A stretch of 64,000 nucleotides of DNA, from positions 10,015 to 74,014 of the forward strand of contig CACPLH010000005.1 in the NCBI GenBank assembly GCA_902634765.1, written 5' to 3'. The translations under genes were made by a program, and so were the position numbers. The DNA is from an uncultured Pelagibacteraceae bacterium. GTDB taxonomy: Bacteria > Pseudomonadota > Alphaproteobacteria > Pelagibacterales > AG-422-B15. Position 1 is the first letter of the stretch, and each line of letters opens with the position of its first letter. Below, in pieces: positions 46,914-56,789 of this stretch. Below the pieces are notes generated by a model. It was not told the DNA's origin and did not search any database. It was given only the letters and a program-made list of their open reading frames with translations.

Positions 46914-49910
46914 GTGTCTCAAGAATTTAGAATAACATCTGGAGGCCTCATTGATAGAAGTAAAGAAATTAGCTTTATATTTAATGGTAAAGAATATACT
47001 GGCTATAAAGGCGACACTTTAGCTTCAGCTTTACTGGCAAATGGTGTTCATCTTATCGGGAGGAGTTTTAAATATCACAGGCCAAGAGGTATTATTGCTG
47101 CAGGAGTTGAGGATGCAAATGGGAAAGTCCAATTATATAAAGACAATATTACAGAGCCAAATGTTAATGTTACTGAGGTAGAATTAGTAGAAGGCTTAAG
47201 GATTGAAAGTCAGAATTGTTGGCCATCAGTAAACTTTGATGTTGGAGGGATAAATAATTTTTTAAATCGTTTTTTTCCTGCTGGTTTTTATTACAAGACA
47301 TTTATGTGGCCAAAAAGTTTTTGGTATCATGTTTACGAACCTTTTATAAGAAAGGCTGCGGGAATGGGTAGGGCATCTTTGGATCCTGACCCTGATCGAT
47401 ATGAACATCAGTACGAACATTGTGATATTCTAGTTGTTGGATCGGGACCTTCCGGTATCGCAAGTGCCCTATCTGCTGCAAAAAATGGAGCGCGTGTTAT
47501 TCTTGCCGAGGATAAAGCTCGATTTGGCGGATCGTTACTGACTGACAATGTAACTATTGGCAATAAGAATGGAGATGAGTGGGTTGAAGACTCTATTAGT
47601 GAGTTAAAATCAATGCCAAATGTAATCATAAAAAAACGTTCTCAGGTTTTTGGCTACTATGATCATAATATGCTTGTCATGTTTGAAAGATGCAAAGATC
47701 ATCTCAATAACCCTGAGCCTTATACTCCTCGTCAAAGACTTTGGTATATAAGAGCTAAACATGTTTTAATATCTACCGGTTCAATTGAAAGACCTCTTAT
47801 TTTTGCTAATAATGACAGGCCTGGCATCATGTTGGCATCGTCTGCTCGCGAATATTTAAAAGTGTATGGAGTTCTACCAGGAAAAAAACCAATTATTTTC
47901 ACAAACAATGATACAGCATATGAAACAGCAATTGAGTTTAAATCTCATGGAATAGATACAATTATTTTAGATACCAGGAAGTCATCGGATGCCGGAGTAG
48001 TCATCGAAGCTAAAAATATTGGAATAGAAGTTAAATTTAACCATGGGATTGCAAATACTGCTGGATATAGAAAAGTTAAATCAGCTACCATTGGTGAACT
48101 TACTGAATCTAGAGATGGCTATAAAAATTTAACGACAATTCCATGTGACTCTATTTTTGTATCTGGCAACTGGACACCTACTGTTCATCTTGCATCTCAA
48201 TCAGGAAACAAACTTAAATATGAAAGTGAAACAGATACATTTTTACCTGATCAATCAAGACAGAAAGAAACTGTGACTGGCTCAGCTAATGGCTCTTTTA
48301 CATTAAAAGAAAGTTTAGCTGATGGTTTCAAAAAGGGGTATCAGCTTTCAGACGAGATCACAAAAAATGGAAGAGAAACTTCAATCCCAATTTCAGATGA
48401 AAAGGATTTTGGTTCTCATGATAAATTCTGGTGCATGCCACTTCCAGACAACAAACACTATAAGAGATTTGTTGATTTTCAAAATGATGTAGCTGTTTCA
48501 GATATCCAATTGGCAGTGAGAGAAGGTTTCAGATCAATTGAACATGTAAAAAGATATACCACTCTTGGAATGGCTACGGACCAAGGTAAAACAAGTAATC
48601 TGAATGGCTTACAACTGGTTTCAGATCTAGAAAAGAAAATTGTTCCAGAAGTTGGACACACAACTTTTAGACCGCCTTATACATCGGTAACTATCGGTAC
48701 TATTATTGGTCGTGAAGTTGGAAAAAATTATCGTGCAACAAGAAAATCTCCAATCCATGAATGGCACGAAAAGAATAACGCTGTATTTGTTGATGCAGGA
48801 CTATGGCTACGCCCAAGATATTATAAGAGAGGTAATGAGACTCTCCAAGAAGCCGCTAAAAGAGAAGCTTTAAATGTGAGACAAAATGTTGGTATATGTG
48901 ATGTAACGTCACTTGGAAAAATTGATATTAAAGGAAAAGACTCTGCAGAGTTTCTTAATCGAGTATATACAAACGCCTTTCTCAAATTACCTGTTGGAAA
49001 AGCACGATATGGTGTGATGTTAAGAGAGGATGGTATGGTTTTTGATGATGGAACTACAACAAGATTAGCTGAAAATCATTTTCATATGACAACTACAACA
49101 GCACAAGCCGCAAATGTTCTATCACATCTTGAATATTACCTTCAAGTTGTCTGGCCAGAGCTTGATGTTAATGTTGTATCAACCACTGAACAATGGGCAG
49201 GAGCTGCTATTGCAGGTCCAAAATCTAGAGAATTGCTTCAAAGACTTTTTCCTGAAGAGGATATGAGCAACGAAGAATTTCCATTTATGGGTTTCAAAGT
49301 ATTAAAATTTAAAAATACTATTGCGAGAGTTTTTCGCATCTCTTTTTCAGGTGAATTAGCCTTTGAAATGAATGTAATGTCTGATTATGGAGAGGAAATG
49401 TGGAATGAAATTATAAATCAAGGTGAAGATTTTGGTATACAGCCTTATGGCACCGAAGCTCTTTCAACACTTAGGATTGAAATGGGTCATGTTGCTGGTT
49501 CTGAGATCGATGGACGCACAATTGCTTATGATCTTTCTCTAGAAGGAATGCTTAGTCAGAAAAAAGATTTTATTGGAAAGAGATCACTTAATAGAAAGGC
49601 ATTTACAGAGAATAATAGAGAGAAAATTGTGGGAGTTGTTCCAATTGATAAAAAAACATCAATACCTGAAGGCTCTTATCTTGTGAAAAATGCAAAAGTA
49701 AGTTTTCCAAATCCTAAACTAGGTCATGTATCTGCTTCTTGTTGGAGTGTTGAATATGATAATCCTTTTTCACTAGCAATTATTAAAGATGGTAAAAATA
49801 AAAAAGGTGAAAAGCTATTTGCCGTATCACCTCTCAAAAATAAAATAATCCCTGTTGAAATTGTATCTCAACACTATGTAGATCCTGAGGGAAAAAGAGT
49901 GCGTTCATGA
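46914..49910 (+). CDS. soxA: Sarcosine oxidase alpha subunit
   Basis: GDTLASALLANG, RSFKYHRPRG, EHVKRYTTLGMATDQGK and a GcvT domain. Confidence 0.92.
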   Translation: MSQEFRITSGGLIDRSKEISFIFNGKEYTGYKGDTLASALLANGVHLIGRSFKYHRPRGIIAAGVEDANGKVQLYKDNITEPNVNVTEVELVEGLRIESQNCWPSVNFDVGGINNFLNRFFPAGFYYKTFMWPKSFWYHVYEPFIRKAAGMGRASLDPDPDRYEHQYEHCDILVVGSGPSGIASALSAAKNGARVILAEDKARFGGSLLTDNVTIGNKNGDEWVEDSISELKSMPNVIIKKRSQVFGYYDHNMLVMFERCKDHLNNPEPYTPRQRLWYIRAKHVLISTGSIERPLIFANNDRPGIMLASSAREYLKVYGVLPGKKPIIFTNNDTAYETAIEFKSHGIDTIILDTRKSSDAGVVIEAKNIGIEVKFNHGIANTAGYRKVKSATIGELTESRDGYKNLTTIPCDSIFVSGNWTPTVHLASQSGNKLKYESETDTFLPDQSRQKETVTGSANGSFTLKESLADGFKKGYQLSDEITKNGRETSIPISDEKDFGSHDKFWCMPLPDNKHYKRFVDFQNDVAVSDIQLAVREGFRSIEHVKRYTTLGMATDQGKTSNLNGLQLVSDLEKKIVPEVGHTTFRPPYTSVTIGTIIGREVGKNYRATRKSPIHEWHEKNNAVFVDAGLWLRPRYYKRGNETLQEAAKREALNVRQNVGICDVTSLGKIDIKGKDSAEFLNRVYTNAFLKLPVGKARYGVMLREDGMVFDDGTTTRLAENHFHMTTTTAQAANVLSHLEYYLQVVWPELDVNVVSTTEQWAGAAIAGPKSRELLQRLFPEEDMSNEEFPFMGFKVLKFKNTIARVFRISFSGELAFEMNVMSDYGEEMWNEIINQGEDFGIQPYGTEALSTLRIEMGHVAGSEIDGRTIAYDLSLEGMLSQKKDFIGKRSLNRKAFTENNREKIVGVVPIDKKTSIPEGSYLVKNAKVSFPNPKLGHVSASCWSVEYDNPFSLAIIKDGKNKKGEKLFAVSPLKNKIIPVEIVSQHYVDPEGKRVRS

Positions 49911-50494
49911 TTAAAACTTCTCCATTATCAAATTCACATGAATTAGGAATCCACGGTAATTGTAAAAATAAGGATCAGGCTAACTTATTAGCTATAAGAG
50001 AGATCACAAATATAAATATTTATCAAATCTCTAAATTTAAAAAGAGTAATTTTGACATTAATAATTTTTCACTAGATGGTTATAAGCTTCCAACTAAAGC
50101 GGGGCTATCTACAGGTAATGAGAACTTAAGAATACAATGGCAAGCACCAGATGTTTGGATGATACTTTCTCATAATAAAAATATTATTCAAGAAATTGAG
50201 AATCAATGTGAAGATGATGATTTTGCAATTACTGATCTGTCTCACTCAAGAGCAATTCTTGAAGTTAAAGGAAAAGATGCACTTAATGTAATCAAAAAAG
50301 GATCACCACTTAATCTCAATAATTTTAGAAAGAATAATTGTGCAAACTCAGTTTATCACGGCATTACAATATCTATCGACATGATCAATGATGAACCTAT
50401 AACATTAAATATTATGGCGTCGAGAAGCTTTGCAGGATCCTTTTATCACGCTATAACTGATGCTTCACTTGAATTTGGTTTTAATGCAATTTAA
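49907..50494 (+). CDS. soxG: Sarcosine oxidase gamma subunit
   Basis: Position after soxA with 4-bp overlap; WQAPDVW, TDLSHSR and RSFA motifs. Confidence 0.82.
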   Translation: MIKTSPLSNSHELGIHGNCKNKDQANLLAIREITNINIYQISKFKKSNFDINNFSLDGYKLPTKAGLSTGNENLRIQWQAPDVWMILSHNKNIIQEIENQCEDDDFAITDLSHSRAILEVKGKDALNVIKKGSPLNLNNFRKNNCANSVYHGITISIDMINDEPITLNIMASRSFAGSFYHAITDASLEFGFNAI

Positions 50495-50505
50495 AATCAA
50501 CATAA

Positions 50506-51534
50506 ATGAGATTTGAAAACATCATTTTAGATATACTTAGAGTTCTTCCTAAATCGATTCTTAAATTAATTGCTGGTCCACCATTAGTAATTGATGGAAA
50601 TCAGCTAGATCTAAATATTCAAGTTGCAGAAAAACTCTCTGAAAAAGAAATGAAAAAAACTCGTATTACTACTCATGATTATAGAGAAGCGGCAAAAAGA
50701 TTTGACTTAACAGGCCTACCTCGAGTCAAAAAAATTAAAATTAAAGATATAGAGCTAAATGGCCCAGTTGAAACTCTCAAAGCTAGAATTTATTACCCTA
50801 AAATTATATCTAGTCATGATGGTGCAGTTCTTTTTTTTCACCAGGGAGGTCTTGTATTGTGGGATCACTTAACCAACGATTATTTTTGTTCACTTCTCGC
50901 AGATAAGTGTAATGCTAAAGTTATTTCACTTGATTACAGACTCTGTCCAGAAAATGAGTTTCCTGCGCCAATTGAGGATTGCTTATTTCTTTGGGACTAT
51001 GTGCAAGAAAATGGTTCTAAATTGGGAATAAATCCTAATAAGATTGCTCTTTCAGGTGATAGTGCCGGTGGAATGATATCAAGCACAATGAGCATTCTAT
51101 TAAGGGACCGAGGAGGAGTACAGCCTATTGCTATGTGCATCGCCTACCCATGGGTTACGTCAAGTTTTGACGATCAACCTTCCTTACAAAGTTGTGCAGA
51201 TACATTTCCACTATCAAGAGAAACTGTAGAGTTTTTTAATAAAAGTGTTTTTCCTGACGGAAAAAACCTTCATCACCGATGGGCAAATCCTTTGTATGAA
51301 AATGATTTAACAAACTTGCCTCCAACAATAATTGCAACAGCTGGCTTTGATCCAATTAGAGATCAAGGAAATAATTTTGCAGAGAAGCTAATTAATAATA
51401 AAAATGAAGTAAAACACCATTTCTTTTCAAACTTATCGCACAGTTTTTTAATACTAGGGCGTATAAGTAATGAGGCTAATAATGCATGTATTCAATTAGC
51501 AAATGAATTAGCTCAATATTTTGATCATAATTAG
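50506..51534 (+). CDS. HSL-family alpha/beta hydrolase (esterase)
   Basis: HQGG (HGGG variant), DYRLCPE, GDSAGG, FDPIRD and HSF triad motifs. Confidence 0.88.
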   Translation: MRFENIILDILRVLPKSILKLIAGPPLVIDGNQLDLNIQVAEKLSEKEMKKTRITTHDYREAAKRFDLTGLPRVKKIKIKDIELNGPVETLKARIYYPKIISSHDGAVLFFHQGGLVLWDHLTNDYFCSLLADKCNAKVISLDYRLCPENEFPAPIEDCLFLWDYVQENGSKLGINPNKIALSGDSAGGMISSTMSILLRDRGGVQPIAMCIAYPWVTSSFDDQPSLQSCADTFPLSRETVEFFNKSVFPDGKNLHHRWANPLYENDLTNLPPTIIATAGFDPIRDQGNNFAEKLINNKNEVKHHFFSNLSHSFLILGRISNEANNACIQLANELAQYFDHN

Positions 51535-51565
51535 CTTATCTTTCCAAGTAATTCTGATTTTATGA

Positions 51566-51594
51566 TTGTATTTTTTGTCATGTAACAGCATAAT
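51566..51594 (+). promoter_or_regulatory. Sigma70 promoter ending 5 nt before the gmaS ATG
   Basis: TTGTAT (51566-51571), 17-bp spacer, CATAAT (51589-51594); no Shine-Dalgarno sequence. Confidence 0.55.
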
Positions 51595-51599
51595 TCTTT

Positions 51600-52919
51600 A
51601 TGGCTGAGAGTTTAGCTAAAATTGCTGCAAGAAAAAAAATTAAATATTTTCTTATAAGTTTTGTAGACTTATTTGGAGTTCTAAGAGCAAAATTAGTACC
51701 TGCTCAAGCCATTGCTGAAATGCAAAAAAATGGTGCTGGATTCGCTGGCTTTGCAACTTACTTAGACATGTCGCCATCTGACTCAGATATGCTTGCCATA
51801 CCTGATCCAAAAAGTCTAATTCAATTACCGTGGAAGCCTGAAGTTGGATGGCTTGCAAGTGATCTGTACATGGATGGTAAGATTGTTGATCAATGTCCTC
51901 GGGTAATTTTAAAAAAACAAATAGAAAAACTATTTGATAAAAAAATGATTATGCAATCAGGTGTCGAGTGTGAGTTTTTTCTATTAAATGAGGAAGGAGA
52001 TGAGGTTGGTGATAAATTCGATACTTCCGCTAAGCCATGTTATGAGCAAAATACTCTTATGCGACGGTATGATGTAATAAAGGAAATTTGTGACTCAATG
52101 ATTAAATTAGGATGGAAGCCTTATCAAAATGATCACGAAGATGCAAATGGTCAATTTGAAATGAACTGGCACTATTCAGATTGTCTCACCACTGCAGATC
52201 GACATGTCTTTTTTAAATTTATGGTCAAATCTATAGCTGAGAGATACGGCTTGAGAGCAACTTTTATGGCTAAACCTTTTCCAAACTTAACAGGAAACGG
52301 ATGTCATGCTCATGTTTCACTCTGGGATAAACAAAAGAAAAAAAATCTTTTTGAAGATGCTAATGATGAACTTGGATTATCAAAATTAGGATATTCATTT
52401 ATAGGTGGAATGATGAAGTCTGCTGATTGTTTTTCTGCAATATTTAATCCGTCAATAAACAGCTATAATCGTATTGGAGCATCAAATACTTTGTCAGGAG
52501 CTACTTGGTCTCCCAGTACAGTTACTTATACTGGAAACAATAGAACTCATATGATCCGTATACCTGATTCAGGAAGATTTGAAGTTCGACATGCTGATGG
52601 ATCTGTAAACCCTTATCTATTGCAAGCAGGATTGATTGCGCTTGGTTTAGACGGAATAAATAATAATCGCAAACCAGGCAAAAGATTAGATATAAATATG
52701 TATACGCAGGGACATAAAGTTAAAAGAGTTAAAAAACTTCCAACAAATTTAAATGATGCTATCAAGTTGTTTCATCAAAGTGACGTTGCAAAAAAATCTT
52801 TTTCAACAAGTGTTGTTTCAAAGTTTGTAAAGTTGAAAAAAAGAGAATTAAAAGAATTTTCCAGTCAATCAGAAGAAGATGCATATGATTGGCAGCGAAA
52901 TAATGCAATAGATTGCTAA
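51600..52919 (+). CDS. gmaS: Gamma-glutamylmethylamide synthetase (GlnT-type glutamine synthetase family)
   Basis: KYFLISFVDLFGVLRAKLVPA, GAGFAGFA, YQNDHEDANGQFEMNW and SGATWSP motifs; methylamine gene context. Confidence 0.85.
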   Translation: MAESLAKIAARKKIKYFLISFVDLFGVLRAKLVPAQAIAEMQKNGAGFAGFATYLDMSPSDSDMLAIPDPKSLIQLPWKPEVGWLASDLYMDGKIVDQCPRVILKKQIEKLFDKKMIMQSGVECEFFLLNEEGDEVGDKFDTSAKPCYEQNTLMRRYDVIKEICDSMIKLGWKPYQNDHEDANGQFEMNWHYSDCLTTADRHVFFKFMVKSIAERYGLRATFMAKPFPNLTGNGCHAHVSLWDKQKKKNLFEDANDELGLSKLGYSFIGGMMKSADCFSAIFNPSINSYNRIGASNTLSGATWSPSTVTYTGNNRTHMIRIPDSGRFEVRHADGSVNPYLLQAGLIALGLDGINNNRKPGKRLDINMYTQGHKVKRVKKLPTNLNDAIKLFHQSDVAKKSFSTSVVSKFVKLKKRELKEFSSQSEEDAYDWQRNNAIDC

Positions 52920-52923
52920 ATAA

Positions 52924-53697
52924 ATGTTACTCAAAAATAAAAAGGTGGTTATATCTGCTGGAGCAAGCGGTATAGGTTGGGCTGCTGCTAAAGTATTACA
53001 CAGAAGAGGAGCAAGAGTATTTCTATGTGATATTGATGAAAAACGCATACAAAAAATAAATCAAGATAAAAAAAATAACATGCGTGCTTACTTATGTGAC
53101 GCCGATGACGAGAAAGGTGTTAGAAGCTTTTTTAGAGAAATAAAAAAATATACTAGGTCAATAGATTGCCTTATCAATAATGTAGGAATTGCAGGTCCTA
53201 CAGGGGTAATCGAAAAATTGAACACTGAAAATTGGAGTCAAACTCTTAAAACAAATGTTATTAGTCATTTTTTATTTACAAAAAATGCTATTCCAATGCT
53301 TAAAAAAAATAAAGGAGGCTCCATAATTAATATTTCTTCAACTGCGGGTATTTTTGGTTTTCCACTTAGATCTCCCTATGCTGTTAGTAAGGCGGCAACA
53401 TTAAGTTTTACTAAGACTGCAGCAATGGAATTGGGAAGGTATAAGATAAGAGTTAATGCTATTCTTCCCGGTGTAACAAGAGGATCAAGAATGAACAGAG
53501 TCATTGATGCCAAAGCCAAGTATTTAGGTGTATCAAAAAAAAGTATCGAAAAAGATTTTGTATCTATGGCATCAATGAATAGCTGGATTGAAGAAGAAGA
53601 TATTGGTAAATTGTGTTCATTTCTAATGTCTGATGATAGCAATAAAATTTCTGGACAATCTATTGCTGTTGATGGCAATACATTACGAGCTGATTAG
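52924..53697 (+). CDS. Short-chain dehydrogenase/reductase
   Basis: AGASGIG, NNVGIAGP and YAVSK (YxxxK) motifs. Confidence 0.9.
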   Translation: MLLKNKKVVISAGASGIGWAAAKVLHRRGARVFLCDIDEKRIQKINQDKKNNMRAYLCDADDEKGVRSFFREIKKYTRSIDCLINNVGIAGPTGVIEKLNTENWSQTLKTNVISHFLFTKNAIPMLKKNKGGSIINISSTAGIFGFPLRSPYAVSKAATLSFTKTAAMELGRYKIRVNAILPGVTRGSRMNRVIDAKAKYLGVSKKSIEKDFVSMASMNSWIEEEDIGKLCSFLMSDDSNKISGQSIAVDGNTLRAD

Positions 53698-53704
53698 ATT
53701 TTTA

Positions 53705-54883
53705 TTATAAATTTCCTTCAAATGAATTTAGGTAAAGTGTTTTCATATCATCTTCACTTAAATCAAGTGGATTAGTAGGTGTTGAGGGGTCAACAATTGC
53801 CATCTTGGACAATTTTTCAAAATCAAATTCAAGGTTCAGATCTTTTAGAGTATGAGGAATTGAAAGCTCATTTCTCAAATCTAAGATCCATTTTAGAAAC
53901 CCATCAAATGTTTGGTTATCTAAATCAATATATTTAGAGAGGGAGACAATTCTTTCTTCTATTTGGGATTGATTGAATTTAATTACATACGGCATGAAAA
54001 TTGCATTCGATAGTCCATGATGAACATCATTTACAGCATTGATTGGATGGCTTAATGAGTGAATCGCGCCCAATCCTTTTTGAAATGCGGTTGAACCCAT
54101 TGTTGAACTAACCAACATTTTTGCTCTAGCTTCAATATCTTTCGGAGTATTATAAGCGTTAATTAAATTTTCCTTAATTATTTTAATGCCCTCTATAGCA
54201 ATTCCATGTGCCATTGGATGAAAAACATTTGAACAATAAGCTTCAAGACAATGAGCTAAAGCATCCATCCCAGTTGCTGCTGTCAAATGTTTAGGTAAAG
54301 AAACCGTAAGAGAAGGATCAAGGACAACTAAATCTGGCAGCATTGTTGGATGAAAAATAATTTTTTTTGTATACGTTTTCTCATCCACAATTAGAGATGC
54401 TCTTCCTGTTTCAGATCCAGTCCCTGCTGTGGTTGGAACAGCTATTACTCTTGGTAAATTTTCAATGATAGCTCTTGTCCAATTATCTCCAACATCTTCG
54501 AAGTACCAAATATTTTCCTTTTGTTTAGACATAAAAGCAATTGCTTTTCCTGCATCAAGCGAACTTCCTCCACCAATTGCAATTACGCCATCATTTTCAT
54601 CTTTAAGAAAAACTTCAACTCCATCATTAATATTTTGTCCAGTTGGGTTTCCTTTTATTTCTGAAAAAATGCTTAATTTGATTTCTGATTTATTCAGGTT
54701 TTCAACAATGGTATTAAATTGTTCAATTTCTCTAAATTGAGGGTCAGTTACAATCAGAGGATTTTTAATTCCCAATTCATAAATAAACTCTGCAAGTTCA
54801 TGAATTCTATTAACGCCAAATTTAATTGGTGTTGGATAATTCCAATTTATATTTTGAATATTAGTTTCCAATTTTAACCTCAT
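53705..54883 (-). CDS. Iron-containing alcohol dehydrogenase
   Basis: GGGSSLD, PTTAGTGSE, GMDALAH, HSLSH and HHG motifs; ATG 54883 is preceded by GAGGAGG. Confidence 0.88.
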   Translation of the reverse strand: MRLKLETNIQNINWNYPTPIKFGVNRIHELAEFIYELGIKNPLIVTDPQFREIEQFNTIVENLNKSEIKLSIFSEIKGNPTGQNINDGVEVFLKDENDGVIAIGGGSSLDAGKAIAFMSKQKENIWYFEDVGDNWTRAIIENLPRVIAVPTTAGTGSETGRASLIVDEKTYTKKIIFHPTMLPDLVVLDPSLTVSLPKHLTAATGMDALAHCLEAYCSNVFHPMAHGIAIEGIKIIKENLINAYNTPKDIEARAKMLVSSTMGSTAFQKGLGAIHSLSHPINAVNDVHHGLSNAIFMPYVIKFNQSQIEERIVSLSKYIDLDNQTFDGFLKWILDLRNELSIPHTLKDLNLEFDFEKLSKMAIVDPSTPTNPLDLSEDDMKTLYLNSFEGNL

Positions 54884-55814
54884 AGCCTCCTCTTCTTGGA
54901 GTATCATCAATAAGCTCTGATGGAAAACCATCAGCTCTCAAGTCGGCTTGACATGCATCTTCTAGTCTTTTAACTATCATCGAAGACCAAGCCCTATCTC
55001 CATATTTATCACGTCCTTTTTTAAAAATTTCAGTTATTAACGGAGATATTTCTGTTGGAATATCCATTGATTTAGCAAGGTCATCAAATAAACCAACGTC
55101 TTTACAAACTAGGTCCATAGTAAAATTTATATTATAACTTCCATTCATAATGACCTGGCTTTCAGTTTCATGAACGAATGAATTTCCTGAGCTAATCTTA
55201 ATTCCTTCATAGACTTTCTGCATGTCAATTCCTGCTTTTTTACAAACCATTAAACCTTCTCCCAAAGCGGCAAGATGAGTTGAAGCTAAATAATTTGTAA
55301 CAACTTTTAAAACTGAGGCTTTTCCTAAATCTCCAACATGTAAAATTTGATAACCCATAGCTGAAAGAGCTGGAAAAGCTTTATCAAAAGCAATTCGTGA
55401 TCCACCAACCAAAATCGCTATATTTCCAGTAGCAGCTCTGTGGCACCCTCCTGAAACAGGAGCTTCACAACAATGAACCCCTCTGTTCTCCATTAATTTC
55501 CCTAATCGTGACATCTCTTTACTGTCAGTAGTACTCATCTCAATCCAGACCTTTCCTTCTGAAATCCCTTGAATTATGCCATTGTCTCCTTCCACAACAT
55601 TTGCTACTGCTTCAGGGCTAGGAAGACAAGTAATTGCTATTTCAGATAAAGATGAAAGTTCTTTTGGAGAGTCAGTCCATACAGCACCAGATTGAATTAA
55701 TTCTTCAGCATTGCTTTTTTCAAGATCAAAAATATATAAATGATGTCCAGCCGATAATAAACTGTTGGCTAATTTAAAACCTACATTGCCTAGTCCTATA
55801 AATCCTATTTTCAT
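54861..55814 (-). CDS. 3-hydroxyisobutyrate dehydrogenase-family NAD(P) oxidoreductase
   Basis: GFIGLGNVG, EAPVSGG, KVVTN and KDVG motifs. Confidence 0.87.
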   Translation of the reverse strand: MKIGFIGLGNVGFKLANSLLSAGHHLYIFDLEKSNAEELIQSGAVWTDSPKELSSLSEIAITCLPSPEAVANVVEGDNGIIQGISEGKVWIEMSTTDSKEMSRLGKLMENRGVHCCEAPVSGGCHRAATGNIAILVGGSRIAFDKAFPALSAMGYQILHVGDLGKASVLKVVTNYLASTHLAALGEGLMVCKKAGIDMQKVYEGIKISSGNSFVHETESQVIMNGSYNINFTMDLVCKDVGLFDDLAKSMDIPTEISPLITEIFKKGRDKYGDRAWSSMIVKRLEDACQADLRADGFPSELIDDTPRRGGYEVKIGN

Positions 55815-55834
55815 ACAAATTGATCCTTTCAGTC

Positions 55835-56743
55835 TTATAAAGTTGGTGGTTCAGGTTTTTGTCTTGTTCCGATAGCATGAAATGCAATTGAAAAAACTAT
55901 GATTAAACCACCAATTAATGTGTAAGCTGCTGGTACTTCGTTTACTCCAAACAGAGGTATCCAACACCAGATTACTCCTCCCACCACCTCTGTTAAAGAA
56001 AGCAGCATAAACTCAGCGGCAGGTAGGTACTTTGATCCAATACTCAAAAGAATTAATCCAGATGCTACAAATGATCCATGCAAAATACTAAGAAGAATAT
56101 TTCTTGTAGGCATCGTGAGATTTTCTGAAAAAATTAGTATCATTATGATTGAGAACAAGGCACAGGTTACGCCTGATATCATGATGGTAGTAAATTTAGG
56201 CGTATCAGGTTGCCATCTTAAAGTTACAGCGAAAGTTGCAAATGAAATTGAACAGAATAGTCCAAAAAACCAGCCTAAGAAAGTTCCAGACTGCCAATCA
56301 CTATAGGCCATAATAAACATTCCTCCAAGAGAGATTAAACAAGCAATTAAAGTAGCGGCTCTAATGTATTCTCTCAAAAATATATAAGCAAAGAGGCCTG
56401 CAAATAACGGTTGGGTTCCAATCATAAATAGTGTTGTTGCGGCAGATGTATATGTCATTCCAAAAATAAAAAAAATGAAAGCAAACGCCAATGCGACTCC
56501 TCCAAGTAATCCAGTTAGGCCCACTCTTTTGAAATTATGTCGAAATGCAAAACCTTCTTTATAAAGTAAAAAAATCAATAAAATTGTAGCTATAGTTAAG
56601 CCTCTACAGAATAAATAATGCCATTGATACATTTGGGCATCAACCATATGTCTTACAATTGGAGCGCCAAAGCTCCAAATCAATCCTGCTGATAGAGCAA
56701 GTATAAATCCTAAAAAATATTTTTTATTGTAATCGGAACTCAT
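55835..56743 (-). CDS. DMT/EamA family transporter
   Basis: About 10 TM segments; PLFAGLFAYIFLRE; start set at ATG 56743 to avoid overlap with the divergent gene. Confidence 0.85.
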   Translation of the reverse strand: MSSDYNKKYFLGFILALSAGLIWSFGAPIVRHMVDAQMYQWHYLFCRGLTIATILLIFLLYKEGFAFRHNFKRVGLTGLLGGVALAFAFIFFIFGMTYTSAATTLFMIGTQPLFAGLFAYIFLREYIRAATLIACLISLGGMFIMAYSDWQSGTFLGWFFGLFCSISFATFAVTLRWQPDTPKFTTIMISGVTCALFSIIMILIFSENLTMPTRNILLSILHGSFVASGLILLSIGSKYLPAAEFMLLSLTEVVGGVIWCWIPLFGVNEVPAAYTLIGGLIIVFSIAFHAIGTRQKPEPPTL

Positions 56744-56789
56744 ATGGCTTGAAAAAGAATATATAAAAAAACTGCTTATTACACTATAA

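Noticed and set aside
51600-52919. Housekeeping glutamine synthetase glnA
   Set aside because: Motifs and gene context fit the GlnT/GmaS clade; no glnB or ntr neighbours
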